From an uncultured delta proteobacterium (GTDB taxonomy: Bacteria > Desulfobacterota > Desulfuromonadia > Desulfuromonadales > BM103), in assembly GCA_963715335.1 (NCBI GenBank), contig CAVQRZ010000005.1, positions 64,001 to 128,000 of the forward strand: 64,000 nt of DNA. Direction: 5' to 3'. A program made the position numbers and the translations under genes. Under the pieces are notes generated by a model. The model had not been told where the DNA came from, searched no databases, and was given only the letters and a program-made list of their open reading frames with translations. How positions within the stretch are numbered: position 1 is the first letter of the stretch; the number at the start of each line of letters is the position of its first letter. Positions 1 through 9,394 of this stretch are shown one piece after another.

Positions 1-723
1 AGCCACCGCTTGTCAATCGTGGCTTTCTGGTCCTTGATTTTCATGTATCTCTGGACCGGAGCACACCACCTGCTCTGGACCCCGGTCCCCGACTGGATTC
101 AGACCCTGGCCATGGGCTTTTCGATCATGCTGATTGCACCTTCATGGGGGTCAGTGTTTAACGGCTACCTCTCGATGAACGGGCAATGGCACCAGATGCG
201 GGAGAACTACCTGGTGAAGTTCCTGATCCTCGGCATCACCTTCTACGGCCTGCAGACCCTGCAGGGGCCGATGCAGGCAATCAGAACTTTTTCGGCCTTC
301 ATCCACTACACCGACTGGGTCCCCGCACACATTCACATGGGTACCATGGGTTGGGTATCAATGATCGCTTTTGCCAGTATCTACTTCCTGGTCCCGCGTA
401 TTTATGGCCGGGAGGTCTACAGCATCCCCCTGGCAAACCTGCAGTTCTGGCTGATCCTGATCGGCCAGTTGATCTGGTCCATCTCCCTGTGGGTCGCTGG
501 TGTCCTGCAGGCCGGGATGTGGAATGCCATGAACCCTGACGGCAGCCTGACCTATACCTTCATGGAGACTATGGTTGAGATGTATCCCTACTGGTGGGCG
601 CGCGCATTCGGCGGTCTCGTTTACCTGCTCGGGCTGATCATCTTTATCTACAACCTGTATATGACAGTAACCAAAGGCAAAACAACCACCGCACAGACGG
701 CAACTGCAGAAGGGAGGGCCTGA
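1..723 (+). CDS. ccoN: cbb3-type cytochrome c oxidase subunit I (5' end outside the window)
   Basis: Frame is open from base 1 (SHRLSIVAFW). Contains WTGAHH (CuB His pair), APSWG, and HYTDW..AHIHMG heme ligands typical of C-family heme-copper oxidases. Confidence 0.95.
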   Translation, partial: SHRLSIVAFWSLIFMYLWTGAHHLLWTPVPDWIQTLAMGFSIMLIAPSWGSVFNGYLSMNGQWHQMRENYLVKFLILGITFYGLQTLQGPMQAIRTFSAFIHYTDWVPAHIHMGTMGWVSMIAFASIYFLVPRIYGREVYSIPLANLQFWLILIGQLIWSISLWVAGVLQAGMWNAMNPDGSLTYTFMETMVEMYPYWWARAFGGLVYLLGLIIFIYNLYMTVTKGKTTTAQTATAEGRA

Positions 724-725
724 TC

Positions 726-1601
726 ATGTGGGAAAAGAAACCTGTCCTCCTGCTGGTCCTGGCGACAGCAGCCATGCTGATCGGAACCATCATAACCATG
801 GTACTGCCTTTCGCCTGGGTCAATACCGAGGCCGACCGGATCGAAGGCGTCAAACCTTATACGGCACTGCAACAGGAAGGCCGCGATATCTACATTCGTG
901 AAGGCTGCAACAATTGCCATTCCCAGACGGTCCGCCCCCTGGTTTCAGACGTTTTGCGCTACGGCGAGTATTCCAAGTCCGGCGAATTTGTTTACGATCG
1001 TCCCTTCCTCTGGGGGTCAAAGCGCACCGGTCCGGACCTGGCCCGCCTTGGTGGAAAATATCCGGACGCATGGCATTACAAGCACATGGAGTCGCCACGA
1101 TCCATGGTCCCGAAGACCAACATGCCCGACTACGGTTGGCTCTCTGAAAACCGGCTCGATACGGCGATGATCGAGCGCAAGATGGAAACCCTTGGCTTTC
1201 CATACACGGCCGCCGAGATCAAGGCTATCGAGGGTAAGAATGAAATGGATGCCATTGTGGCCTATATGCAGAAGCTCGGCAGCGACATCCCGTGGCGGGA
1301 AAGCGCCAAAACCGAAATCGTCGGCGACCTGGTGAACCCTTACGCCGGAGTTGACCACGGCACAATGGAGCCATGGGAAGAACTTTACGAGCAAAATTGC
1401 GCCGCCTGTCACGGCGCGCATATGGAGGGAGAAATAGGGCCGGAGTTGGTTGGTGAAGATTATGACGATGAGATTCTATTCGAAATTATCTACACTGGCA
1501 TTGAAGATAACGGCATGCCGAGTTTCTCGAGTCTGGGAACCGACAAGGTCTGGAAGCTGGTTAATTTCATCAGGTACTACAAGCAGGGTGAGAGCCACTG
1601 A
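726..1601 (+). CDS. ccoO: cbb3 oxidase subunit II fused to an extra C-terminal cytochrome c domain
   Basis: ATG at 726 just after the ccoN stop. Has GRDIYIREGCNNCHSQ and WGSKRTGPDLAR, plus a second CAACH near the C-terminus. Confidence 0.92.
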   Translation: MWEKKPVLLLVLATAAMLIGTIITMVLPFAWVNTEADRIEGVKPYTALQQEGRDIYIREGCNNCHSQTVRPLVSDVLRYGEYSKSGEFVYDRPFLWGSKRTGPDLARLGGKYPDAWHYKHMESPRSMVPKTNMPDYGWLSENRLDTAMIERKMETLGFPYTAAEIKAIEGKNEMDAIVAYMQKLGSDIPWRESAKTEIVGDLVNPYAGVDHGTMEPWEELYEQNCAACHGAHMEGEIGPELVGEDYDDEILFEIIYTGIEDNGMPSFSSLGTDKVWKLVNFIRYYKQGESH

Positions 1602-1603
1602 TC

Positions 1604-1744
1604 ATGGACCTGGCCTCGATTTTTTACCTTGGCATAACTTTCGGCCTCTTTGTGATCTTTGCTCTGATTGTCGTGCGCACCTACAGCAAGAAGCGTAAGG
1701 ACGAAGGCGAAGCCGCCAAGTACCGGATGATGGATGATGATTAA
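1604..1744 (+). CDS. ccoQ: cbb3 oxidase small subunit, 46 aa (absent from the ORF track)
   Basis: Manual translation MDLASIFYLGITFGLFVIFALIVVRTYSKKRKDEGEAAKYRMMDDD: one TM helix and a charged tail ending DDD, between ccoO and ccoP. Confidence 0.85.
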   Translation: MDLASIFYLGITFGLFVIFALIVVRTYSKKRKDEGEAAKYRMMDDD

Positions 1745-1791
1745 AACCGGTCAAGCCGAAACGGATTGACTTTTGCCAAAAGGATATTCAC

Positions 1792-2292
1792 ATGAGCACA
1801 ACGGACCCTCACCACGAAGAGCATGCGGACGGCATAGTCGAAGACCGTGAAAAGGCCGCACCGGTCTACTTCACCATCCTGTTTTATGGCCTGATCATCT
1901 GGGGTGTGGCTTTCATGGCATTCTATCTGCTTTCCGGCTGGAGCTCAGATGCCGAATTCCAGGAGAAGATGGCCGCCCACAGAGGCGAAGCGCCGGCACA
2001 GCAACAAGCCGCAGCGCCTCCAGCAACAACTCCGGCACCAGCAGCCACGCAGACCCCGGCTGCAGTTGCCGGCGGTCAGGAATTGTATGCCAAATACTGT
2101 GCAGGCTGCCACGGTGCCGATGGCAAAGGCGCTTTCGGTCCGGACCTGTCAGGTGAGTACAAGTACGGGAAAACCACCATGGCCGTTGAAGAAAGTATTG
2201 CTTTTGGCAGGCCGGGGAACATGCCAGGTTTCGAGAAAAAGCTCTCCAGCGAGGAGATCAAGACCCTGACCGAATTTATTCTGAGCCTCTAG
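1792..2292 (+). CDS. ccoP: Short CcoP-like monoheme cytochrome c
   Basis: N-terminal H.DGI.E...P.YF segment like the CcoP N-domain, TM helix, Ala/Pro linker, single CAGCH and MPGF axial Met. Confidence 0.8.
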   Translation: MSTTDPHHEEHADGIVEDREKAAPVYFTILFYGLIIWGVAFMAFYLLSGWSSDAEFQEKMAAHRGEAPAQQQAAAPPATTPAPAATQTPAAVAGGQELYAKYCAGCHGADGKGAFGPDLSGEYKYGKTTMAVEESIAFGRPGNMPGFEKKLSSEEIKTLTEFILSL

Positions 2293-2301
2293 AGTTATCG
2301 T

Positions 2302-2337
2302 GAGGCAGGGGTTAATTCCCCTGCCCTCTCACTTTTC
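2302..2337 (+). terminator. Hairpin between ccoP and ccoG (terminator or mRNA-stability hairpin)
   Basis: GGCAGGGG-ttaatt-CCCCTGCC followed by a short T tract. Confidence 0.5.
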
Positions 2338-2339
2338 TC

Positions 2340-3582
2340 ATGTCAGAGCCATCCTGCCCGACGAAGGGCCCCCGCCCTCCTCTCCCCCTGGCGACGCCGC
2401 TGCCAATGGGGAGCGACCCTGCTGTTGTTATTGATCCCGTGGTTCCATATCAATGGCAACAGCGTACTGCGTGTTGATATCCCCGAGCTGTCCCTGTATT
2501 TTTTTGGCCAGACCCTGCGCATCGAGGAACTCTACCTGGTCCTGCTGTTCAGCCTGCTCCTGACCCTCGGCTTCCTTCTGCTCACAATGGTGCTCGGACG
2601 AGTGTGGTGCGGTTGGCTCTGTCCGCAAACAACCTTGACGGACCTGGCAGAATGGTTTTCCCGACGCCTGGGATATAACCCCGGGCGTAAAAAAAATATT
2701 TTCAAAAGTTTCACATTACACGGCTTTTATCTCATCCTTGCCTTGCTGGTCTCTGCAAACCTGCTCTGGTATTTCATCGAGCCGCAGAACTTTTTCACCA
2801 AACTGGCCTCCGGACAGATGCACTATGCGACCTGGATCTGCCTGGTGCTGGTTGCGACGACCATCTATCTGGACATGGCCCTGATTCGTCGCCTGATGTG
2901 CAGTGATTTCTGTCCCTATGGCCGATTCCAGACGACCCTGGCCGACGAAACGACTTTGGCCCTGCACCTCCCCGAGTCCGAGCTGGTGCGTTGCATAGAA
3001 TGCAACTCCTGTGTCCGGGTCTGTCCAATGAAAATCGACATTCGGCGCGGTTACCAGGTAGAATGCATCAACTGCGGCCGTTGCCTCGATGCCTGCCGCC
3101 AGGTCATGGCCAAACGGCATCAACCGGGCCTGATCAGCTACTCTTTCGGCACGGCCGGTCAGGGTGTCAGGGCCCTGCTTAATCTGAGAACCCTGCTGCT
3201 CTCCCTGGCCACTTTGGCCCTCTCTGTGATCCTGGTCTTTGCCGTACACCAAAGACCGGAGGCTTCATTGAAAATTTCGGTTTCGCACACCGTAGCCAGC
3301 CGAATTCTCCAGGATGGCAGCCGGGCAACCTTTTTTAACGCCTGGGTGAATAACCGAAGCAATCAAAGCGCCAGTTACGATATCATTGCCCGCCAGACTG
3401 CTGACGCCAACCCGTTGACTGTGAAGGGTCAGACCAACGGGATCGCCCTGGCAGCAGGCGGAAATCTTCGCATCGACTTTGTGCTGATTACGCCTGTCAC
3501 TGAAGCCCGGCTAGAGGTGGACTTGGTCCTGCTGGATCAGACTGGCACTGAACTGGCTAGCGCCGCGGCATATATCGATTAA
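2340..3582 (+). CDS. ccoG: cbb3 assembly 4Fe-4S membrane protein; 5' end probably frameshifted
   Basis: Motifs GRVWCGWLCPQT, CPYGRFQ, CIECNSCVRVCP, CINCGRCLDAC. Removing one C from the run at 2369-2373 joins ATG 2340 to the in-frame PWRRRCQW segment. Confidence 0.88.
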
Positions 3583-3601
3583 CCCACGGGTGTAACGACT
3601 G

Positions 3602-4054
3602 ATGATGAAAAAGACCAACCTGTATCCTGCCTTCGTCCTGCTGATTCTTGGCAGTTTTATCTGTTTTCTCGCCTGGTCGGCCATGCGGGCTTCTGATTCC
3701 GCACCACAGGTGACCGACGCCGACTACTACAGTAAAGGCTTGAGGTACACCTCCACAGTTCTGGAGAAAAGAGCTGCGGCCGTACTTGGCTGGCGCGTCG
3801 ACACACAGTTGTCAGAACGGACCCTGCAGCTGCAGTTGAGTGACAAGGAAGGACAACCAGTCAGGTCAGCGAACGGGGTTATTGCCATCTACATGCGGAA
3901 CCGTGGGGAAAGCATGCTCTTCCCTCTACAGGAAGTCAGCGCCGGGATTTACCAGTTGCACCTGACCGACAGCATGACCGGGGAGATGACTGCGCGCGTC
4001 GAGTTTGAACGCGACGGCGCCCGTCTCAGCCGGCAGCTGCTGCTGAACCTCTGA
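3602..4054 (+). CDS. ccoH: FixH/CcoH family protein
   Basis: N-terminal TM helix, VTDADYYSKGLRY motif, position between ccoG and ccoI. Confidence 0.8.
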   Translation: MMKKTNLYPAFVLLILGSFICFLAWSAMRASDSAPQVTDADYYSKGLRYTSTVLEKRAAAVLGWRVDTQLSERTLQLQLSDKEGQPVRSANGVIAIYMRNRGESMLFPLQEVSAGIYQLHLTDSMTGEMTARVEFERDGARLSRQLLLNL

Positions 4055-4058
4055 GATC

Positions 4059-6503
4059 ATGGCGGCACCTGATCCCTGCGTCCATTGCAACCTGCCGATA
4101 CCGCGCGCCGACCTGGTTGTCGAGCAAATTGACGGCAAAGAGCTGCGATTTTGTTGCCATGGCTGTCAGGGGGTCTACCGAATCATCACCGGCGCGGGAC
4201 TGGACAGCTTCTATCGCAACCGCCGCTGGGATGAGCTGGGCGTACCAACCGGCGCCTTCGAGGCCGAGTACGATGAGGCCAGCCTGGGCGGACACGTCAT
4301 CCGTCGGGATGAAACCACGGCGGACATCGCCCTGATTATCGAAGGCATCCGCTGTGCTTCCTGTGTCTGGCTGCTGGAAAAGCTGCTGCTCAGGGAGGTC
4401 GGGATCACGGCGATTCAGGTCAATTACGGCACCCATCGGGCAGTGATCCGCTTCAACCCGCAAGCGACAACACCGGCAAAGATCTTTACATCAATCAGCC
4501 GGCTCGGCTATCTCCCCCATCCATTCTCGCCCGGCGCAGCACAGTTAGCTGCAGCAAGAGAGCAGCGTACACTGCTGATCCGTTTCGGTACCGCCGCCTT
4601 TCTCTCCATGCAGCTAATGGGCTTCTCCTTCGCTCTCTACGGCGGCTACTTTCACGGTATCGACCCGGGAATCCGTCAGTTGATCCAGTATTTTGCCGCA
4701 GCCGTTGCGACTCCGGTGGTTTTCTATTCGGGCTGGCCGTTTCTGGCTGGCGCCTGGCGCAGCCTGAAGAACCGGGCGGCGAGCATGGACCTGTTGATCA
4801 GCCTCGGCGTATCGACTGCTTACAGTTACAGCCTTTACGCCATGTTCAGGGGTGGCGAGGTCTACTTTGACACGGCAGCCATGATCATCACCCTGATTTT
4901 GCTCGGCAGGCTCTTCGAAAGCTCGGCCCGCAGCCGCTCGATCTCCGGCATTGACAAACTTCTGCAACTTGCCCCCAACTCGGCAAACCGGGTCGACGGC
5001 GATGAAGTCAACGTGGTTGCCAGTGCCAGCCTAACCCCTGGCGACATCATCCTGGTCCGTCCGGGCGAACGCATTCCTGTCGATTGCCAGGTCCTCACCG
5101 GTGTTACGGAAGTTGACGAATCAACCATCACCGGCGAACCTATGCCGATATTGCGTCAGGAAGGCGACAAGGTTTCAGCGGGCAGCCTGAACCTTTCCAC
5201 GTCGGTCAGGCTGCAGGTAGATCGTGTTGCGGCTGAATCTTTTGTTGCGCGGATGGCACGCCTGGTCGAAGAGGCACAGAACCGCAAGGCGCCAATCCAG
5301 TCGATGGCGGACCGGGTGGCCACGCTATTTGTGCCACTGGTAGCCACCGTTGCCGTTGGCACCTGGGCATTCTGGTGGTTCAGCGGGGCATCACACGCCG
5401 AGGCGCTGTTAAATGCTGTTTCGGTGCTGATTGTCGCCTGTCCATGTGCCCTTGGCCTTGCAACACCGACAGCTGTTCTGACAGCATCCGGCAGTGCAGC
5501 AGGCAACGGGATTCTGTTCCGCGGTGGTGATATACTTGAAGCGATATCGCGCGTGGATTTGGTCGCGTTCGACAAAACCGGGACCTTGACCTGCGGCCAG
5601 CCAACCGTAAAGAGAATAATTCCCGCAACGGGACAAACCGGGGCGGCGCTTCTCGAACTTGCCAGCCGTGCAGCAAGCGGTTCGAACCACCCGCTGGCGA
5701 TTGCGGTACTGGCCAGTGTCAGAGCGGCAGGGGTTCAGCCAGGGACAGCAGGGCCGGTCACTTCAATGCCCGGTCGCGGCTTGAAAACGCAGGGGGAAAA
5801 CGGCGAGATTCTGACCGGCAGCCGGGCCTTTCTGACTGAAAACAGCATTGAGGTTCCCGCGATTGATTCGGCAGCCGAAACTGAGGTTCACGTCAGCCTG
5901 GACGGGGTTTGGCAGGGGCTCCTGCTGCTGCATGACCCGCTCCGCACAGAAGCCGAACAGACCATCAGAGAACTGAAAGGCCTCGGGCTGAAAACGGTCC
6001 TTCTAACCGGAGACCGCCCCGAAACAGCACGTCAGGTCTGCACGACACTGGTCCTGCCTGACTTTCATGCCAACATGAGTCCGGCAGACAAAACGTCCTG
6101 GATCGAAAGCCAACAGCGTAATGGCCACACGGTGATGATGGTCGGTGACGGCATCAACGATGCCCCGGCACTATCATTGGCAGATGTCGGATGCGCCATG
6201 GCCGGAGGCACTGATATTGCCCTGGAAACTTCGGACCTGGTTCTGACCAGAACAAATCTCGCCTCTCTGCATGAAGCGATTTTTATCGGCCGCAAGACCA
6301 TGCAGGTTATTAAGCAGAATCTGTTCTGGGCCTTCACCTACAACCTGATCACCCTCCCGCTGGCCGCGGCCGGCAAGCTGGCTCCGGTCTGGGCGGCAGC
6401 GGCCATGGCCGGCAGTTCGATTCTGGTGGTCAGCAACTCATTACGTCTGGGCAGGCTGGTCCGCCGCACCTTTTCGATTGCCAAGCCGCCGACGAGCAAT
6501 TAG
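4059..6503 (+). CDS. ccoI: Copper-translocating P1B ATPase for cbb3 assembly
   Basis: CVHC...FCCHGC N-domain, CASC metal-binding domain, TGE, CPC, DKTGT, GDGINDAP. Confidence 0.93.
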   Translation: MAAPDPCVHCNLPIPRADLVVEQIDGKELRFCCHGCQGVYRIITGAGLDSFYRNRRWDELGVPTGAFEAEYDEASLGGHVIRRDETTADIALIIEGIRCASCVWLLEKLLLREVGITAIQVNYGTHRAVIRFNPQATTPAKIFTSISRLGYLPHPFSPGAAQLAAAREQRTLLIRFGTAAFLSMQLMGFSFALYGGYFHGIDPGIRQLIQYFAAAVATPVVFYSGWPFLAGAWRSLKNRAASMDLLISLGVSTAYSYSLYAMFRGGEVYFDTAAMIITLILLGRLFESSARSRSISGIDKLLQLAPNSANRVDGDEVNVVASASLTPGDIILVRPGERIPVDCQVLTGVTEVDESTITGEPMPILRQEGDKVSAGSLNLSTSVRLQVDRVAAESFVARMARLVEEAQNRKAPIQSMADRVATLFVPLVATVAVGTWAFWWFSGASHAEALLNAVSVLIVACPCALGLATPTAVLTASGSAAGNGILFRGGDILEAISRVDLVAFDKTGTLTCGQPTVKRIIPATGQTGAALLELASRAASGSNHPLAIAVLASVRAAGVQPGTAGPVTSMPGRGLKTQGENGEILTGSRAFLTENSIEVPAIDSAAETEVHVSLDGVWQGLLLLHDPLRTEAEQTIRELKGLGLKTVLLTGDRPETARQVCTTLVLPDFHANMSPADKTSWIESQQRNGHTVMMVGDGINDAPALSLADVGCAMAGGTDIALETSDLVLTRTNLASLHEAIFIGRKTMQVIKQNLFWAFTYNLITLPLAAAGKLAPVWAAAAMAGSSILVVSNSLRLGRLVRRTFSIAKPPTSN

Positions 6504-6512
6504 TATCTGCCA

Positions 6513-6698
6513 ATGATCAAGTCAATTATCATTCTGATTGTTCTGTCACTTTGTATCGGCACCGGTGCCTGGCTGCTTTTTATCTGGACGGTCAAGCGCG
6601 GTGATTTCGACGATATTGAAGGACCCAAGTATCGCATGCTGGACGATGAGGATGAGAATTCATCGCTCCCGGGTGCATCTCAAGGAGAGAAAAAATGA
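6513..6698 (+). CDS. ccoS: cbb3 oxidase maturation protein
   Basis: TM helix then W.VKRGDFDDIEGPKYRML, the CcoS signature. Confidence 0.9.
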   Translation: MIKSIIILIVLSLCIGTGAWLLFIWTVKRGDFDDIEGPKYRMLDDEDENSSLPGASQGEKK

Positions 6699-7111
6699 AA
6701 AGACCCGTTCGCCCCGGCCTTATGATCCTCGCTACCATAATCCTGCTCAGCAGCTCAACCGTCCTGTTCGCGGCGGAAACGAGCCTGGAGAAACCAGCCT
6801 TCAAGTCTGGCAAGGTTACGCTGACTTTTGCCGATGCACCGCTGAAAACGATGACTGAGACGCCCTTTGCAATAAAAGTTACGGGTGCTACCGGTATCGT
6901 TATCAGCGATGCCAGACTGAGTATCGACCTCGACATGCCGGACATGCCGATGCCACCGAACCACCCTGCAGCGACCTGGAAGGACGGTGCCTATCGAGGC
7001 GTTGCGATCTTCACAATGGCTGGCGCCTGGGAGATGACTGTTAACGTCCAGCGCCCCGGTTATGATCAGGAACACGTCATTTTCAAAATTGATCAAGTCA
7101 TGATGAAATGA
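6695..7111 (+). CDS. Exported FixH/YtkA-like Met-rich protein (possible copper chaperone)
   Basis: Signal peptide, MPDMPMPP and FTMAGAW motifs; ATGA overlaps with both neighbours. Confidence 0.65.
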   Translation: MKRPVRPGLMILATIILLSSSTVLFAAETSLEKPAFKSGKVTLTFADAPLKTMTETPFAIKVTGATGIVISDARLSIDLDMPDMPMPPNHPAATWKDGAYRGVAIFTMAGAWEMTVNVQRPGYDQEHVIFKIDQVMMK

Positions 7112-7791
7112 GCGAATCGCTCGTTTACATGGCCTTTATTACCGGTCTGCTTGGAACCGGTCACTGTATAGGTATGTGTGGCGGGTTGGTCAGTGCCCTG
7201 TCCCTGTCGGATGTCGGGCAGAAAGGTGGCTGGCTGTTTCATCTGCTCTACAATACCGGACGCATTGTAACTTATACCTTTATCGGTGCAGTGGTCGGCT
7301 GGCTCGGCTCCGCTCTGGCCTATACAGATCAGTTCAGGACCGTGAGCCGCACCCTGCTGCTATGCTCGGACCTGTTTGTCATCCTGGTAGGCCTTGGTAC
7401 CGCTGGCATGTTCGCATGGCTCAATGTCGCAAAACTCGATTTCCCCGGGCCGATGCGGTTGATGGCGACTGCCGTAAGCGGGTTGAGGCGCCTGCCACCG
7501 GCGCTGGCTGCCCTGCCGCTCGGTCTCCTGTTCGGCTTCATTCCCTGCGGGTACCTCTATGCCGTTGCCATCACGGCAGCCCAGAGTACGAATGTCATCA
7601 CCGGTGCCCTGATGCTCCTGGCCTTCGGCCTGGGGACGGCGCCAGCACTGTTCTTTTTCGGCAGCGCTGCCCAATGGTTGAGCGGCAAGGCCCGGACATG
7701 GATGCTGCGCATCGCCGGGATAGTCGTTGCCGGCATGGGTGTCATCAATCTTTTCAGTCACTTGAGAATGATGGGCATAATCGGGCCGTAA
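7108..7791 (+). CDS. DsbD_2/TauE-SafE-like membrane protein associated with cbb3 clusters
   Basis: GHCIGMCGG, YNTGRI, PCG.LY and FGLGTAP motifs. Confidence 0.85.
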   Translation: MSESLVYMAFITGLLGTGHCIGMCGGLVSALSLSDVGQKGGWLFHLLYNTGRIVTYTFIGAVVGWLGSALAYTDQFRTVSRTLLLCSDLFVILVGLGTAGMFAWLNVAKLDFPGPMRLMATAVSGLRRLPPALAALPLGLLFGFIPCGYLYAVAITAAQSTNVITGALMLLAFGLGTAPALFFFGSAAQWLSGKARTWMLRIAGIVVAGMGVINLFSHLRMMGIIGP

Positions 7792-7879
7792 AGGCTATCT
7801 TTTGGCTCTACTTGCGTTCTGTTTTGATATTAACGTCTGCCGCTGCCCCCTCCTTATCAAGATCCGTAACCTGAATTAC

Positions 7880-7972
7880 AAAAAAAAAGCCCCACAGCCA
7901 GGAGGGGACTGTGGGGCAACGGGTTCTATAGGGTTTTTCTTTAGGAGGTAGAACATGAAGAAAGTATGTTCT
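7880..7972 (-). ncRNA. Candidate ~93-nt sRNA-A, antisense to the RBS/start of the cytochrome c7 gene
   Basis: Own promoter, 5' hairpin AGAACAU/AUGUUCU, internal ACCUCCU, and a terminator with 9-bp stem, loop UCCCCUCCUGG and U9. Confidence 0.7.
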
Positions 7973-7979
7973 GGTTATT

Positions 7980-8007
7980 AGATTACCATTTTGGTCAGAT
8001 ATGTCAA
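7980..8007 (-). promoter_or_regulatory. Sigma70-type promoter of sRNA-A
   Basis: Minus strand reads TTGACA-16 nt-TAATCT with TG in the extended -10 position. Confidence 0.7.
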
Positions 8008-8183
8008 CATGAAAAACACAATAAAAAACCACCCAAGCGCGAACCCGGGTGGCAAGGATCTCCTTGGCTGGAGAGTTTGTAAATATCTCTGTCAACAAGA
8101 AGCCGGTTTTTGTTGCGACATTGGTTACTTACAGGCAGATCTGAGTCAAGGCGAAAGACCCTCCACTTAAGCTTGAATGATCG

Positions 8184-9236
8184 TCAAGACCTTAATTCTT
8201 CATAAATTTCGGCAAATCTTCCGCGACATTTTCGGAAAACCTCCAGAACCTCCGGGTCAAAATGTTCTGGCGAGGTACGATCGCTCCCTTGCAGAATAAT
8301 TGTACAGCTCTTCTCATGGCTAAACGCCTGCTTGTAAGGGCGTTCGCTTCTGAGAGCATCATATTGATCGCAGATATTCATGATTCGCGCGGTGAGAGGT
8401 ATTTCTTCACCCTTCAGGCCGTTTGGGTAGCCCTTGCCGTCCCAACGCTCATGGTGGTATCTGGCAATATCCACCGCCATCTGCAGATACGGAGAATTTG
8501 AGCCTTCCAGTATCTCGGCACCGATGGTTGTATGGGTCTTCATAATCTGCCACTCTGAAGCATTCAGCGGGCCCGGTTTCTGCTGGATAGCATCAGGTAT
8601 GGCCACCTTACCGACATCATGCATCGGCGAGGCATAAAAGATACTCTCGGCAAATTCGCTGCCCAGGTTACAGGCTTCAGCGATCTCCCTGGAGTAATAA
8701 CTGATGCGACTGATATGGGCACCGGTGTACTCATCCTTGAATTCTGAAGCCAGCACCAACCGGTGGATGGTGTCGATATAGCCCTCCCGTAGCAACAGGG
8801 TTCGCTCTGCCACCTGTTTCTCCAAGAGCTGCTTGTGCTCTGCCAGAAAATCATGAAACTCCTTGTTGCGAAGATTGTTTCTGAGTCGCAGAGACAGTTC
8901 CTCATTGTCGATCGGCTTGGTCAGGAAATCATCAGCCCCGATGGCTATGCCCGCCAGCCGATCTTTCCGGGAATCGAGACCAGTGATTATAATCACGGGG
9001 ATATGGGCCGTGTCCTTATCGTTTTTCAAATGTGCCGTAGCTTCAAGACCATCCATCTCCGGCATTACCACATCCATCAGGATGCAGTCTGGATGCTCAG
9101 TACGGGCAAACTCCACGACCTCACGGCCGTTCCTGGCCTTGACAGTTTCATACCCCAGATCTCTACACAGTTCCTCCAAAACCATGATGTGAAACAACTG
9201 GTCATCGGCGATCAGAATTTTTTTTGATGTGGTCAT
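8184..9236 (-). CDS. Response regulator with HD-GYP c-di-GMP phosphodiesterase domain
   Basis: Receiver residues DD/D/K; HDVGK and HHERWDGKGYP. Confidence 0.92.
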   Translation of the reverse strand: MTTSKKILIADDQLFHIMVLEELCRDLGYETVKARNGREVVEFARTEHPDCILMDVVMPEMDGLEATAHLKNDKDTAHIPVIIITGLDSRKDRLAGIAIGADDFLTKPIDNEELSLRLRNNLRNKEFHDFLAEHKQLLEKQVAERTLLLREGYIDTIHRLVLASEFKDEYTGAHISRISYYSREIAEACNLGSEFAESIFYASPMHDVGKVAIPDAIQQKPGPLNASEWQIMKTHTTIGAEILEGSNSPYLQMAVDIARYHHERWDGKGYPNGLKGEEIPLTARIMNICDQYDALRSERPYKQAFSHEKSCTIILQGSDRTSPEHFDPEVLEVFRKCRGRFAEIYEELRS

Positions 9237-9394
9237 GTACCTCTCTTTGATTTAGCTGGATCCATCTCTTGAAACTCTCCAAAAACCCGCCACTGACTCA
9301 CGGGAAAATATCACTGAAGCCAAACATTTTCAATGTTCCACTTCAATCAACACGGAACGCGCACAAAGCTTATACTCTTTGCAGGGAGAAAATA

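Noticed and set aside
1766..1779. FNR-like box TTGAC-tttt-GCCAA before ccoP
   Set aside because: Three mismatches to TTGAT-N4-ATCAA and located inside the operon.
7955..7981. Plus-strand mini-ORF MKKVCSGY with a perfect AGGAGG RBS
   Set aside because: Only 8 codons with no evident plus-strand promoter or terminator. The nearby promoter and U-tract terminator both face the minus strand, so it is better explained as the complement of an antisense RNA. Not fully excluded.
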